DNA of 62,777 nucleotides from a virus (Duplodnaviria; Caudoviricetes): the IMG/VR virus record IMGVR_UViG_3300022413_000011, positions 1 through 62,777 of that record. One strand, given 5' to 3'. Position numbers and translations under genes: made by a program. How positions within the stretch are numbered: the first letter of the stretch is position 1; each line of letters begins with the position of its first letter. Of the stretch, positions 9,318-19,381 are shown piece by piece. The notes beneath the pieces were generated by a model. It was not told where the DNA came from. It searched no databases and was given only the letters and a program-made list of their open reading frames with translations.

Positions 9318-9690
9318 CGCAACGATTTCAGGTCGCCTCGGGAATGACCCCGATATGCGATACACCCCAAACGGGGACCCAGTTTGCAGCTTTTCTCTCG
9401 CCACCGACATGGGGTGGGGCGAAAGGAAAGAGACGACATGGTTCAGAGTCACCTTCTGGAGGAAGCAGGCCGAATCCCTGGCCAATCACTTCCACAAGGG
9501 AGATGGGATAATAATATCTGCAAAGGATTTGCGTCTGAATTTGTATGATAAGAACGATGGGGGGCAGGGGGTCAGCCTCAATGTTACAGGTGACTCCTGG
9601 TGGTTCCCGGAAGGTAGCAAGAGCGACGGAGGGTGTAGCAACGGTAGCGCGCCACGGAAGAAGGAGACCAAAAGTGACATACCCTTCTAA
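9310..9690 (+). CDS. ssb: Single-stranded DNA-binding protein
   Basis: GRLGNDPDMRYTPNG...TTWFRVTFW; C-terminal DIPF. Confidence 0.95.
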   Translation: MFNATISGRLGNDPDMRYTPNGDPVCSFSLATDMGWGERKETTWFRVTFWRKQAESLANHFHKGDGIIISAKDLRLNLYDKNDGGQGVSLNVTGDSWWFPEGSKSDGGCSNGSAPRKKETKSDIPF

Positions 9691-9997
9691 CGAAATCAGA
9701 TCGCTATTGAACAAGTTGATGGAGGATTCTCAAACTAACGAAATCAGATCGCTATTGAACAAGTTGATGGAGGATTCTCAAATCTCTCCAGACTTTGCCG
9801 AGGCAACGAGTCACAGGTATGGGTGTCGATGTGACTCGTGCAAGCAGTGGTGGGTCAAAATGGGTCCCACGGAACATGATGTCAGAGATGAATGGTCGTA
9901 TGGCCCATTCAGCGAAGAAGAGTACGTGGCCGCGGGGGGTAAAGTTATCAGTGACCCCCCGTCCGTCTACTTTGCCAAGGAGGTTCTGGATGAGTGA
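9674..9997 (+). CDS. Hypothetical protein with YGCRCDSC motif and a 16-aa duplication
   Basis: GTG 9674 after AAGGAG; frame of ORF 9545..9997. Confidence 0.6.
   Translation: MTYPSNEIRSLLNKLMEDSQTNEIRSLLNKLMEDSQISPDFAEATSHRYGCRCDSCKQWWVKMGPTEHDVRDEWSYGPFSEEEYVAAGGKVISDPPSVYFAKEVLDE
9687..9782. repeat. Perfect 48-bp tandem duplication
   Basis: CTAACGAAATCAGATCGCTATTGAACAAGTTGATGGAGGATTCTCAAA x2. Confidence 0.97.
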
Positions 9998-10178
9998 CCA
10001 AGAAATAGCAGCAATTGACTTGCTTGCGCTGGTCTACGGAGAAAGCATCGGAGTGGACCTTCTTGAAGAGTGTTTTGTGTCACCCACTATGGAGGCTCAC
10101 AGAACCGATATCCTGGTGGACCTGATTGGAGCCATAAAGGATAGACGGGAAGAAATCAGAGCAAACTCTGATACATAG
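9990..10178 (+). CDS. Hypothetical protein
   Basis: ATG 9990 after AAGGAGG. Confidence 0.6.
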   Translation: MSDQEIAAIDLLALVYGESIGVDLLEECFVSPTMEAHRTDILVDLIGAIKDRREEIRANSDT

Positions 10179-10455
10179 ACAGCCAGACTATCACGAACAC
10201 AACAAGGAGCAACAGGGTCAAAGCACCAGCGATGGTCTTGTTGCTCACTCGTTTTCCCTTGCCAGCTTCTTCGCAGTCCCTCGCTGTATACCCCACTGGG
10301 TCCTTCTGAAACAAATCGGAATCCCCTCTTAGGTAGGCTCTTACCAGAGAGTTTACCCACACTGTAAAAACCACACTTTGAATCAAAAACCAAATAATCA
10401 CAATTGTATCGGCAGCATACCTAGCCATCATCAAATATTTAATACTATCGTCCAC
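10156..10455 (-). CDS. Two-TM membrane protein, possible holin
   Basis: Two hydrophobic helices; last gene of the structural block. Confidence 0.5.
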   Translation of the reverse strand: MDDSIKYLMMARYAADTIVIIWFLIQSVVFTVWVNSLVRAYLRGDSDLFQKDPVGYTARDCEEAGKGKRVSNKTIAGALTLLLLVVFVIVWLSMYQSLL

Positions 10456-11523
10456 CTATTGCCCCACGTGTTTCTCAAGCAGGTCTTTCAGCCTGTCAAT
10501 CTCTTCCTGTTGCTCTTGTACTGCCCTGACCAGAGGAGCGATGAACTCCGTATATATCAGGCTGTGCTGGTCTGTCTCCTCATCATAGACGTATCCCCCA
10601 AATCCAGACCCGGCTATTTCGGCTATGCTCTGCGCAGAGAATCCATAATGAGTCTTGCTTGCCCCCATATGCCATCTCCACTTCAGTGGATTTAGGGACA
10701 AAATAAAATCTAGCCCCAAGTCAGATTGAGACACATCTGATTTATATCGTATGTCAGATGTCTGTATTGTTCCGTTTGCAGACCATACGGCAGACCATCT
10801 CTGGCCAGACTTCCCACAGGTCATGGTGTCGTCTACCAGGGGGTAAATGGCGTCACCGACAGAGTCAAAGAACACGGAGCCCACGGTGCCATCCTGAGAA
10901 ACTTTTCCTGCCAACTCTTGCCCTATCCCATACAGGTGAGCAGTTAGGTTGGCAGTTGTGTCAACCTCGGATGGTGCTGCTGACGGGGTGTATCCAATTG
11001 CCACCCAGTCAATATCCATCCTGTCCCCATCAAACTCGTCTGACCCCTCGGAGACGTGTGTAGCAGAATGAGACGAGGATGCTTTCCCCGACAAAGACCC
11101 CTCCACCGTGTCAACGCGCGCGGACATCTCTCCGAGAGACGCAGACACACTCGCATTTATGGCGCTCTCTGCCGAATAGCTACCCTGTACCCACTTGCTG
11201 GACTCTGTTGAGTAAACAAATCTCACAACATTGTCACTGGAAATCTGTCCAGAGAACCCTATGTTTCCCGTGTTTGATATGGACAGGGTCCATCCAGGAC
11301 CAGGGTGAACCATAATCTCTAGGCCATCCCTCCCCCCATTGATGGTGTCCAGGCTTGACCCATTGACAAGGACCATGTCCGATGTCAGGGATATGGCACC
11401 AGACGAAGGTGTGTGAGAAACCCAGCCACCGCGCGCAGTGTTTCTGTGCTCTAAATCTGTCAGCCGACTGTCCACGTCTCGGAAGGAGTCGGCAATCTGA
11501 GACATCATCGTATCTAGGCTCAT
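10456..11523 (-). CDS. Tail fibre with C-terminal intramolecular chaperone (peptidase S74)
   Basis: TSDIRYKSDV...GLDFILSLNP...GFSAQ...YTEFIAPLVRAVQEQQ. Confidence 0.88.
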   Translation of the reverse strand: MSLDTMMSQIADSFRDVDSRLTDLEHRNTARGGWVSHTPSSGAISLTSDMVLVNGSSLDTINGGRDGLEIMVHPGPGWTLSISNTGNIGFSGQISSDNVVRFVYSTESSKWVQGSYSAESAINASVSASLGEMSARVDTVEGSLSGKASSSHSATHVSEGSDEFDGDRMDIDWVAIGYTPSAAPSEVDTTANLTAHLYGIGQELAGKVSQDGTVGSVFFDSVGDAIYPLVDDTMTCGKSGQRWSAVWSANGTIQTSDIRYKSDVSQSDLGLDFILSLNPLKWRWHMGASKTHYGFSAQSIAEIAGSGFGGYVYDEETDQHSLIYTEFIAPLVRAVQEQQEEIDRLKDLLEKHVGQ

Positions 11524-12605
11524 GGCAAGCTCTCCATCTTGACCGACACGCTCATATCTCCATTCCTGTCTGACCTGGCTCTGAATGACTTGACGATACA
11601 CTCGTACGAGCTACCGTTTACGCTGACGTTGACCACGTCACCCAGGTCGTAATCCAAACCAAATCTATAGCCATCGACATCGACTGACTCGGCGCTCACC
11701 GACACCTTGGCCCTGTTCTTATTGATTTCGCTGAGTCCAGCGTCCGACAGGACCGTATGGCTAAACTCCTGACCCTTCGTAATGAATGCCTCATACCTGT
11801 CTATCCCCGTGGGATTTTGTATCCTCTGGTCCCTGGCCTCCACAACTATCTGTTCCGGTCCCTGCCCCTCTCCCCCCACATACACGTGAGTGACTTCATT
11901 TTCCCAAGACACCTCTAGCTCCACGTCAGAGATGTTTCCCCTGTCTGGCGAAAGGGATAAGTCTCGGACTACGCCTAGAACAGATGGTCTAATAATCACC
12001 CTGTATGGTTTTTGGATGTAACCCGTATAGACTACATCCACGTGGACAGGCATTCCCTTCTCCGTGGATTCGGAATTGATGTTACTTATGACGGAGAGAA
12101 GACTTTTCCATGCGCCCTTTGACTCGACAGATGGAGCTACCCCAGACACCTGCTCCACCTCGACCAGGTCATCAAGGGCTCTGACAGGGTTTAGTGGGGC
12201 TATGAGATTCTCATACAGGTAGTCGTAAATCATTCTATCTGCATTGGTGTTGTTGCCCATCTCCGTCGTTTTTTCTGCGTAGGTGGTCTCCCCTGGGTGA
12301 GCGACAATCCTCTGTTTATCCAGGATACTGAGCGCGCACTTTGCAGAAAGCTCGATGGTGTCCTCCTCCTCGGAAAATGTCACTTTCTTAAGGAGCCATA
12401 TGGTTTTGCCAAGCACGGTGGATGCAGGGATGTCGGTCCTTCTGACAACGAACTGCATGTCCTTTGACCAGTGGGACATGGGGATAGTGTTGGGAATGGT
12501 GATTTTCAGGGTCCCTACACGCCCCATCGCTTTCGCTACATCCACCTCATAGTATCTCAGAGACCCCAGGGAGACCCCCTTTTTGTACATATCCACAGAG
12601 AACAT
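11520..12605 (-). CDS. Siphovirus minor tail/hub protein (ReqiPepy6 Gp37-like)
   Basis: Position after Dit; VYVGGEGQG, RYEAF, FGLDYDLGDVV. Confidence 0.75.
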   Translation of the reverse strand: MFSVDMYKKGVSLGSLRYYEVDVAKAMGRVGTLKITIPNTIPMSHWSKDMQFVVRRTDIPASTVLGKTIWLLKKVTFSEEEDTIELSAKCALSILDKQRIVAHPGETTYAEKTTEMGNNTNADRMIYDYLYENLIAPLNPVRALDDLVEVEQVSGVAPSVESKGAWKSLLSVISNINSESTEKGMPVHVDVVYTGYIQKPYRVIIRPSVLGVVRDLSLSPDRGNISDVELEVSWENEVTHVYVGGEGQGPEQIVVEARDQRIQNPTGIDRYEAFITKGQEFSHTVLSDAGLSEINKNRAKVSVSAESVDVDGYRFGLDYDLGDVVNVSVNGSSYECIVKSFRARSDRNGDMSVSVKMESLP

Positions 12606-15600
12606 TAGTACGCCTCCGGTATACCAGCATACAGGTTTTCCCAGATAAGACGCACTGCCATCATCTCGTCCGTCTTGACAACTATCTTGTTGTGTCCTGG
12701 CACCATGACAATCTGCTGCGAAGATCCACTCATGTACCTCTCTACGTCCCCCTTGTTGTCGGTCCTAGCAATGGCCACCCCATCTCTCCCCTCAATCGTC
12801 AGCACGTCCGATTCCAAACTCAAACCCTTGAAGAGAATCTCCTGGCCAGTCGTGATGTTTTTGACGTAATGAACGGCTCCCGTACCGGATACGGTTATCT
12901 GTGGTGATGTATGGTCACCGGACTCGCAGAGTATCTCCTGGACATCCTCCGTGGATGCTGAGTAGAATCCGTACCCAACGTTATATTCTGTTCCTATGGC
13001 AACTGTTCTTTCCCCGATGTGGATGCTGCGCATTGGACGTTGTTTTATACCGGCAGGGGAAATGCGCCATTCCGACCCCGTCCACAACACAACGTTTCCA
13101 TCTACGTATTTTGGAACCCCCCATTTGCCATTCTGGATTATCCCAACAATCCACATTCTACCGTCACTGTCCCAGTCAAAGTCTTGAACCCCTGGTCCAA
13201 TTCCCCCACCAAAACTCTCTAGCCTCGAACCAGTCCATCGCACCAATGCGCCCATAGGCCACTCGGATGACGGGTCTGTGGTGGACGATACCGGAATAAA
13301 TCCTCCAAAGTAGACGGCTCCATCTCTGCCTACACGTACTCGATTAACATACTGAAGTGGAAGGCTCACGGGTGTCTCAGGTACGGTGTATCCCCCAGAT
13401 GTCCCGGTCCCTGACAGGATGGGATCTCCCCTCATAATCCCTATGAAACCAATCTCTCCCGTGTCTGGGTTGATTTGTGCGCAGTTTGTGTTCACCCGTA
13501 TCTGCTGGCCTGGGGTTGGTCCTGCCAGTGGTCTCACAAGACTTATTTGTCCACCCACATAGATGGTGCCATCCTGCGCTATGTCGGCACTGTTAATAGT
13601 CCCCTCTATGCTCCATGTTGACCCCGACGTGAAATTCTGCCATACAGACGTGTGTCGAACGCTGGTGCGTGCAACCCCGTTGGATATATTGATGCCCCCA
13701 ACGAGCGATTGCGTCATGCTGCCAAACGCGTATATGTATTCCCCGCGTACGATAGCCTTTTTCACCGAACCACCACTTAGACCACTGGCAATGGCAAACG
13801 AACTAAACGTCTTTGTTACAGCGTATATGCCTGAGTGGGGCGTAGTCATATCTCCACACACAATAATGCCACCAGCAGAGTTTCCTTCCCCTGGTATCAT
13901 GTCGTGTATCGTGGCGTTTGGTCTCAGCCCCTCCATTGCTTCGTAGGTGGGCAGATATGGATTAGAGTCTCTCCCGTCAGGGGAGAAACGGAACAGATTT
14001 GTCAGTTGAGTGCCCTGGGAAATCATGTCGAAGTTTCCACCGACATACAGCTTTCCATCGACTTCAGCCCAGGAGGTGGCTATTCCACTGACAGAAGATG
14101 CTGCTGCATTGCTCGGGTCTGATGGGGACCACGACCCGTCCGGTGCCTGGAACAAGAAGAGGCTCCTGGATTCCTGTATAAGGTTCCACGTGACAAACTC
14201 GGCGTTTCTCTGAGATGAAATCAGGCCATCGTACGTACGAAGCTGGATGGCGTACTGGGCCTGATTGAAGTTGTCGTACGTGCCCTCCATGCCAGATACG
14301 TACACACACGGGATTCTCACGCTGTCCCCGACGGGATACCCCAACCTGTCAACCGGCTGGAATATCAGCATCTTTCGGCCATCGTTGCCACTTCTCGGAT
14401 TAAACAACCTGATAACAGATGACTTGTTTCGATTTAGCTGTACGTCGTTGTCGCCAAAAACTCTACCTGTTATCGTAAAGTTCCTGGCCTGAACCTTACT
14501 CTTCTCGAGGGTGACAGGTCCTTCCGTGTCTCTCTCCACATACTCGACGGATGGCATATCGAGACCCGTGATGGATGTCGTCATAAACCCTGAGTCTCTC
14601 AGGGACACCATCCGACCACCATTCCATGCGTGAGCATCCCTTCTGGAGAACGAGTTATTCTTTGGTCCCATCCACTCGTACCCGTCCCCCATGTCTCCAC
14701 TGGCAAACGTGGTTGGGTAATCCTTTGCCTCCACTTGCCAGGAGTCGGTTTTGTAGTAGGAGCCAGATATGTAGTTGGATGCCTCAGAAACCAGACTTAC
14801 CTCATACTGGTCAACCTCTTTGAGGGAGAATATGAGATGGACGCGCGTCCACCTTGAGTCTCTCAGGATAAGTGTGTTTCTGGAGAGGTATAGACCCGGG
14901 GAGCCCAAGTCCCCAAGTTTGTTCACGTGCATGGAAAACTTCTGGCCAGCAAACCCTTTGATATACAGTGACCAGGTGTACTTCCCCGTGGGCATACTGT
15001 CCAGGAGATATGAGGACACGCTGGAATTTGTGGACAGTGGGACCCTCATGCACCTGTCACCACTGTGAAAGTCGCCCATGTCAATGTGAGGGACACCGCG
15101 CGTACCCGTAAACGTGTACCGTAGGTTCCCAAACCCAAACGACGGGTTTTTCACGAGATTTACGGTCTCTTCTGGGACTACTACATGCCAGAACGAACCG
15201 GGGGAATCCAAGGCATATCCCGATACCGGCTCCGGGACTGCGTATAGGCTGGGTGGGCCAGAGGTAGATATGGCAAACGCGTCGTTGTACGTGACAGCAG
15301 GTGTCACAGGGGACGGGATGGTCTCCTCGCGATACTCGGCATACGCAGTCGCCTGTGTGACTCGTATCTCGTCTTCGATTTCGCGATACTCAGCATATGC
15401 CTGTGCCTGAGTAATCTTCAGTCCAGCCGACAGTTCCCTGTATTCCAGATACCCAACAACCTGGGTAACCTTCAGAGTGGCTGGTTGAGGTCTGTACTCG
15501 GCATACCCTATCGCCTGAGTAACTCGTATCTCTACCGATGCTGCTGGTGGCGCACCATCGGAATATTCAATAATAAGTTCTGTTTCGTCGTACGATACGT

Positions 15601-15634
15601 TATCGTACGACCCAGCCCGTCTCTCGTTGGCCAT
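12605..15634 (-). CDS. Evolved distal tail protein (Dit) with carbohydrate-binding and beta-propeller insertions
   Basis: NLVKNPSF CBM-like start, RNFTITG Dit core, LYVGGNF/IYVGG repeats, C-terminal PGHNKI. Confidence 0.65.
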   Translation of the reverse strand: MANERRAGSYDNVSYDETELIIEYSDGAPPAASVEIRVTQAIGYAEYRPQPATLKVTQVVGYLEYRELSAGLKITQAQAYAEYREIEDEIRVTQATAYAEYREETIPSPVTPAVTYNDAFAISTSGPPSLYAVPEPVSGYALDSPGSFWHVVVPEETVNLVKNPSFGFGNLRYTFTGTRGVPHIDMGDFHSGDRCMRVPLSTNSSVSSYLLDSMPTGKYTWSLYIKGFAGQKFSMHVNKLGDLGSPGLYLSRNTLILRDSRWTRVHLIFSLKEVDQYEVSLVSEASNYISGSYYKTDSWQVEAKDYPTTFASGDMGDGYEWMGPKNNSFSRRDAHAWNGGRMVSLRDSGFMTTSITGLDMPSVEYVERDTEGPVTLEKSKVQARNFTITGRVFGDNDVQLNRNKSSVIRLFNPRSGNDGRKMLIFQPVDRLGYPVGDSVRIPCVYVSGMEGTYDNFNQAQYAIQLRTYDGLISSQRNAEFVTWNLIQESRSLFLFQAPDGSWSPSDPSNAAASSVSGIATSWAEVDGKLYVGGNFDMISQGTQLTNLFRFSPDGRDSNPYLPTYEAMEGLRPNATIHDMIPGEGNSAGGIIVCGDMTTPHSGIYAVTKTFSSFAIASGLSGGSVKKAIVRGEYIYAFGSMTQSLVGGINISNGVARTSVRHTSVWQNFTSGSTWSIEGTINSADIAQDGTIYVGGQISLVRPLAGPTPGQQIRVNTNCAQINPDTGEIGFIGIMRGDPILSGTGTSGGYTVPETPVSLPLQYVNRVRVGRDGAVYFGGFIPVSSTTDPSSEWPMGALVRWTGSRLESFGGGIGPGVQDFDWDSDGRMWIVGIIQNGKWGVPKYVDGNVVLWTGSEWRISPAGIKQRPMRSIHIGERTVAIGTEYNVGYGFYSASTEDVQEILCESGDHTSPQITVSGTGAVHYVKNITTGQEILFKGLSLESDVLTIEGRDGVAIARTDNKGDVERYMSGSSQQIVMVPGHNKIVVKTDEMMAVRLIWENLYAGIPEAY

Positions 15635-15640
15635 ATTATT

Positions 15641-18232
15641 TTATAGTCCAGTCATGTCGTTGTCAGCAACAACGACGCTGATTGAGTTTCCCGATGCCCA
15701 CCCTGCACGGTCATATATTTCCTGGATTATGGCTGTCATGGATGGGGAATCATAGACCGTGCCAGCAGTCCATGACTCTATGGTATTCCACGTCACCATA
15801 GCCGTGCTCCGTGGTCGTCCAGACACGTCGTTGTTTGCCGTGGTGAACTGTGGAGCATCATCGTATGTAAGGGTTCGAAAATAGAGGGTGGCTGACTCTG
15901 CGTTTGTTTTTGATGCCGTGAATCTGAGCTTGGCAGACACGATGGTTTTACCCGTAGGAAGAGTCACGCTGGGAAATCTAATTCCCACTATCTTCTCAGT
16001 GGCACCCATGTTCAGATCGTTGCCCGTAGCGAGGATCGTATCGTCCAGGGCCTCCTCCACATCATCCAGACTGGCCAGAGGTTTCATGATAATCTCTGTT
16101 GTCGATTGCCCTGCTCCAGTCTCAAGATAGAATTTACGAACAGTCAACTCATCGTTCGTGGATGACATAAGCCATCCGGTCTTTCCATCCTGCGACAACC
16201 ACTTAGAGGGAATCTCTGCCCTCTCACCTGGACCCATGTCCCAGGATTCCGTGTAGTAAATGGTCGTCCAGGGACCCCACGGGTCTTCTGCCTCAAACAT
16301 GGCAAACCCCCCTGCGAATCTCACGTCGCCTGTAAAATGGGTCTGCCAAAGAATGTATCTGGAGATTCCTGGGTTCCAGTTGACGCTGTGCCTCAAGCAT
16401 CGACCAGAGTCGGTAAATATTGGTGCTCTGTTTGCTATGTTGGAGTCCCAGGCTGGTGACGCTGGTGTGCCCGAGAAAAATTCGTACGAGCCCCTGGTGG
16501 TAATCGAGCCAACCGGCACCCTGGCTAGAACAAAATCATCCCCTGGCGTATATGCACTCGCAGTGTCCGCGGCTACGCAGTATACGTAGCTGTCCTGCGC
16601 ACCAGAGTAATCCTTGCCATAGTTGATGAATGAGACATAGCCGAACTCTGGCAAAAATCCCGTGTGTTCTGTCCAGGTTATCGCGCCGTCAGTGGAACTC
16701 CACAGGTCTACTTGCTGACCGTTACCGTTTACGTTTCGTACCCACAGGTAGAGAACGTTGGATACAGACAGAATGCCACTGGATTTCTTCCCCTGTCTCC
16801 CATGCCCCAGGGGCACTGTTGTTCCTATAATGTTTGTGCCCAGTATGTCTGGTGGTGCTCCACTCACATTAGCAAAACCCATCGACACAGATGTGGACCC
16901 AGAGTCAAACCCTTTACCATCAAGATATGTGACGTACAGGTCGTTATCCAGCCCCCATGTGGATGCCCAACCGTCCGAGTCTATACCGATTGCAACTGCC
17001 GTCTGCACACCCTCCCAGGTTACATCCGTCACGTATGTGGACCGTGAGTAGGGGGCACCCGGGAATTCACCTGGCTCCTGACCACCACCACCACCTCCCC
17101 CATCACCACCACTATCCCCAAAGGTTCTGAGGTCGTTGATTCTGGTGAGCATCTCGTCAGGGGCAGTTGTCACCCCTGCCTCACCTGCCTCCACGGTCGA
17201 GGCAGGGTCCACAAAGACAGTGCCATTATTCCTTACTAGCACGTTCGTGATGTTGGTAAACGTGTTGTACGAGTAGAACATGGTGACCAGGGGTCTACCC
17301 GCGGGTTTCTCATTGATGTGAGCGCCACGACCCGTATGGTCCTTGTAGTGATTGTCGTAAAAGTAGCAGGTAAAACCGTTCCCCTGGTCGATGGCGTAAA
17401 AGCGCGTGCCACCCTCAGAGTTTCCACCCTCAAAGAAATTGTTGTGCCAATATATCTCGTTTCCGTCTGGGCACTTGCTTGGCTTGTCTCTATCCTTTAC
17501 GTGATTCCCACATACCTCGCCTGAATCCACGTGCAGGTCTATACCATACTCGTTTGTATTTGGTGCGCTATGCACATAGTTTGAGTACACAGAAACCAGG
17601 GTTGGGAGTGGCGCTCCGTTTAGGGAGTTATCACCGTCACCGGCAGAGATACCGTGGTACATGTACTGGCCAGACACCTCGCAGAATCGAACGGTGGCAC
17701 GCGCCACCCCCTCCATGTATATGCCAGTCCTTCCCCCAATAACATTCAGTCTCTCTGCTAAAAAGTTGAGCCCCTTACCGATGTTTATGAGGTGAATCAC
17801 GCGTCCGTTTGCGTCCAGGGTCATGTCCCTGATTACCACGTTTTGCGCTTTCCCGTAATGGAGAAGGGAAGACGCATCTGGTATATTTCCAGCCTTGAGG
17901 ACTGTCGCGCCAACTCCAGAACCCTGAATGATGACGCGCGCGTCATACAGGGTGCCACTCCTGGCGTTGACCGTGGTGTTCATTGTGTACGTGCCAGGAG
18001 CAATCGTCAGGGTTCCACCACCCTGGGCCTTCAACTCGGCAACACCATCATATATCTCGTTTGTCGTGGACGCGGTTATAGAGCGTGTTGGCAGTACGCC
18101 CAAGAAGTCATCCAGAACAAATCCCCACTGGGGGAACTGGAGGTTTTTTGTGCTATCCCCATCTGTCGGATCGGTATACTTCCCCTCCTCGACAGGGTTT
18201 CTGATTGGACCGTTGAATGGAAGGTCGGCCAT
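15641..18232 (-). CDS. Tail-associated protein: right-handed beta-helix, DUF4185-like propeller, C-terminal beta-sandwich
   Basis: GGGTLTIAPGTY pectin-lyase-like start; SDGWASTW, WSSTDGAITW, PWGPW; DDVEE...VGIRF...GWASGNS. Confidence 0.7.
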   Translation of the reverse strand: MADLPFNGPIRNPVEEGKYTDPTDGDSTKNLQFPQWGFVLDDFLGVLPTRSITASTTNEIYDGVAELKAQGGGTLTIAPGTYTMNTTVNARSGTLYDARVIIQGSGVGATVLKAGNIPDASSLLHYGKAQNVVIRDMTLDANGRVIHLINIGKGLNFLAERLNVIGGRTGIYMEGVARATVRFCEVSGQYMYHGISAGDGDNSLNGAPLPTLVSVYSNYVHSAPNTNEYGIDLHVDSGEVCGNHVKDRDKPSKCPDGNEIYWHNNFFEGGNSEGGTRFYAIDQGNGFTCYFYDNHYKDHTGRGAHINEKPAGRPLVTMFYSYNTFTNITNVLVRNNGTVFVDPASTVEAGEAGVTTAPDEMLTRINDLRTFGDSGGDGGGGGGGQEPGEFPGAPYSRSTYVTDVTWEGVQTAVAIGIDSDGWASTWGLDNDLYVTYLDGKGFDSGSTSVSMGFANVSGAPPDILGTNIIGTTVPLGHGRQGKKSSGILSVSNVLYLWVRNVNGNGQQVDLWSSTDGAITWTEHTGFLPEFGYVSFINYGKDYSGAQDSYVYCVAADTASAYTPGDDFVLARVPVGSITTRGSYEFFSGTPASPAWDSNIANRAPIFTDSGRCLRHSVNWNPGISRYILWQTHFTGDVRFAGGFAMFEAEDPWGPWTTIYYTESWDMGPGERAEIPSKWLSQDGKTGWLMSSTNDELTVRKFYLETGAGQSTTEIIMKPLASLDDVEEALDDTILATGNDLNMGATEKIVGIRFPSVTLPTGKTIVSAKLRFTASKTNAESATLYFRTLTYDDAPQFTTANNDVSGRPRSTAMVTWNTIESWTAGTVYDSPSMTAIIQEIYDRAGWASGNSISVVVADNDMTGL

Positions 18233-18236
18233 TATC

Positions 18237-19373
18237 TTATCCCGTTACATACAGTCTTAGTTTTAGGGTGTTTATGTAATCCTCAATATCTCCGTACCCA
18301 GAGCGTGCTGGGTCACTATCATACTGAGCAGCAGTGGCAGACAAGGTGTCATTCCACAACTTGTACGATGTGGAGATTGATAGTCGGTTTGCGTGTGCAA
18401 TCTGGTAGTCACCAAGAGCCAAATAGGAGCCATACGCGGTGGATGCCTGGTCCGTCTTTCTTCCGACAATACCACCAAATATTTTATCAAGTTCCCAGCC
18501 CGCGACTGGTGCTAGTGCCACAAACCCGAACTGCGACTCCTCTCCAATGGTACTGGAGTGAAGGTGGGTCGTGTCCCCATCGCTATCTGTGTCGTCAACG
18601 GCATCGTACAGACTGACTGTACCTTCCGGTGTCCAGTCTGTAGTTGGGGTTGTTCCATCCGAATTAGGCACAATCGGGAAAAACCTGCGCGGAACCGGCA
18701 CAACGGGTGCATCATTAAACTTTTGCGCTTCCCACCATGCGTCGTCTATGAGCATGGTGGCATCCCAACCATACGACGTTACGCCAGACGGTTGTCTCAC
18801 ACCACCAGCCCACAGTCCGGTTACACGGTTTCGATTGTTGGCATTTGCACCCTGGACATCCAGAGCAAGCGTGTCGTTTACGTACAGCCTCATGTACGGC
18901 GTTTCATCTGGGTTTGTGGCATCAAAAAGTGCATCCATACCGATGAACAACCACGTATCCGGCACAAACCCAACCGAACTGGCATTGACGGATGACTCTG
19001 TGCCAGCAGAAACACTCTTTAGGGTCCCGGTCTCCGGGTCAAACCAGAATCCAAAAAGGTTGCTTTCGCCATCAATAGACACACCAATCAACCAGGGCAT
19101 CTCTGCGCTACCGGCAGCATATGTTGCTCCGGTGTGCTTTATGAAAAACCCTGCCGTGACTCTGTTTGGGTCTTCTAATGACGGCGCTGGGTCTATATCT
19201 CTACTCAGCAGATAATCGTCAAACCATCCAGCAGGAGACATATCCCCTGAGAAACCCAAGCACTGCGCCCCCGTATAGGCTCCAGCCTGTAGAGATGGAG
19301 GATACCCAGTGTGGTATACGCTGTACTCAGCTTTCCCCATCTCAAACCCTGTTCTAAACAAAGATACTGTCAT
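18237..19373 (-). CDS. Minor tail protein, LamG/ConA-like domain
   Basis: TGFE start, DTWLFI, RLYVND, IDDAW; follows the tape measure gene. Confidence 0.6.
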   Translation of the reverse strand: MTVSLFRTGFEMGKAEYSVYHTGYPPSLQAGAYTGAQCLGFSGDMSPAGWFDDYLLSRDIDPAPSLEDPNRVTAGFFIKHTGATYAAGSAEMPWLIGVSIDGESNLFGFWFDPETGTLKSVSAGTESSVNASSVGFVPDTWLFIGMDALFDATNPDETPYMRLYVNDTLALDVQGANANNRNRVTGLWAGGVRQPSGVTSYGWDATMLIDDAWWEAQKFNDAPVVPVPRRFFPIVPNSDGTTPTTDWTPEGTVSLYDAVDDTDSDGDTTHLHSSTIGEESQFGFVALAPVAGWELDKIFGGIVGRKTDQASTAYGSYLALGDYQIAHANRLSISTSYKLWNDTLSATAAQYDSDPARSGYGDIEDYINTLKLRLYVTG

Positions 19374-19381
19374 GTCATCTC

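Noticed and set aside
15635-15643. Genome-wide stop-codon reassignment
   Set aside because: Genes are full length in the standard code and TAA, TAG and TGA all end genes; the in-frame TAA is a local case
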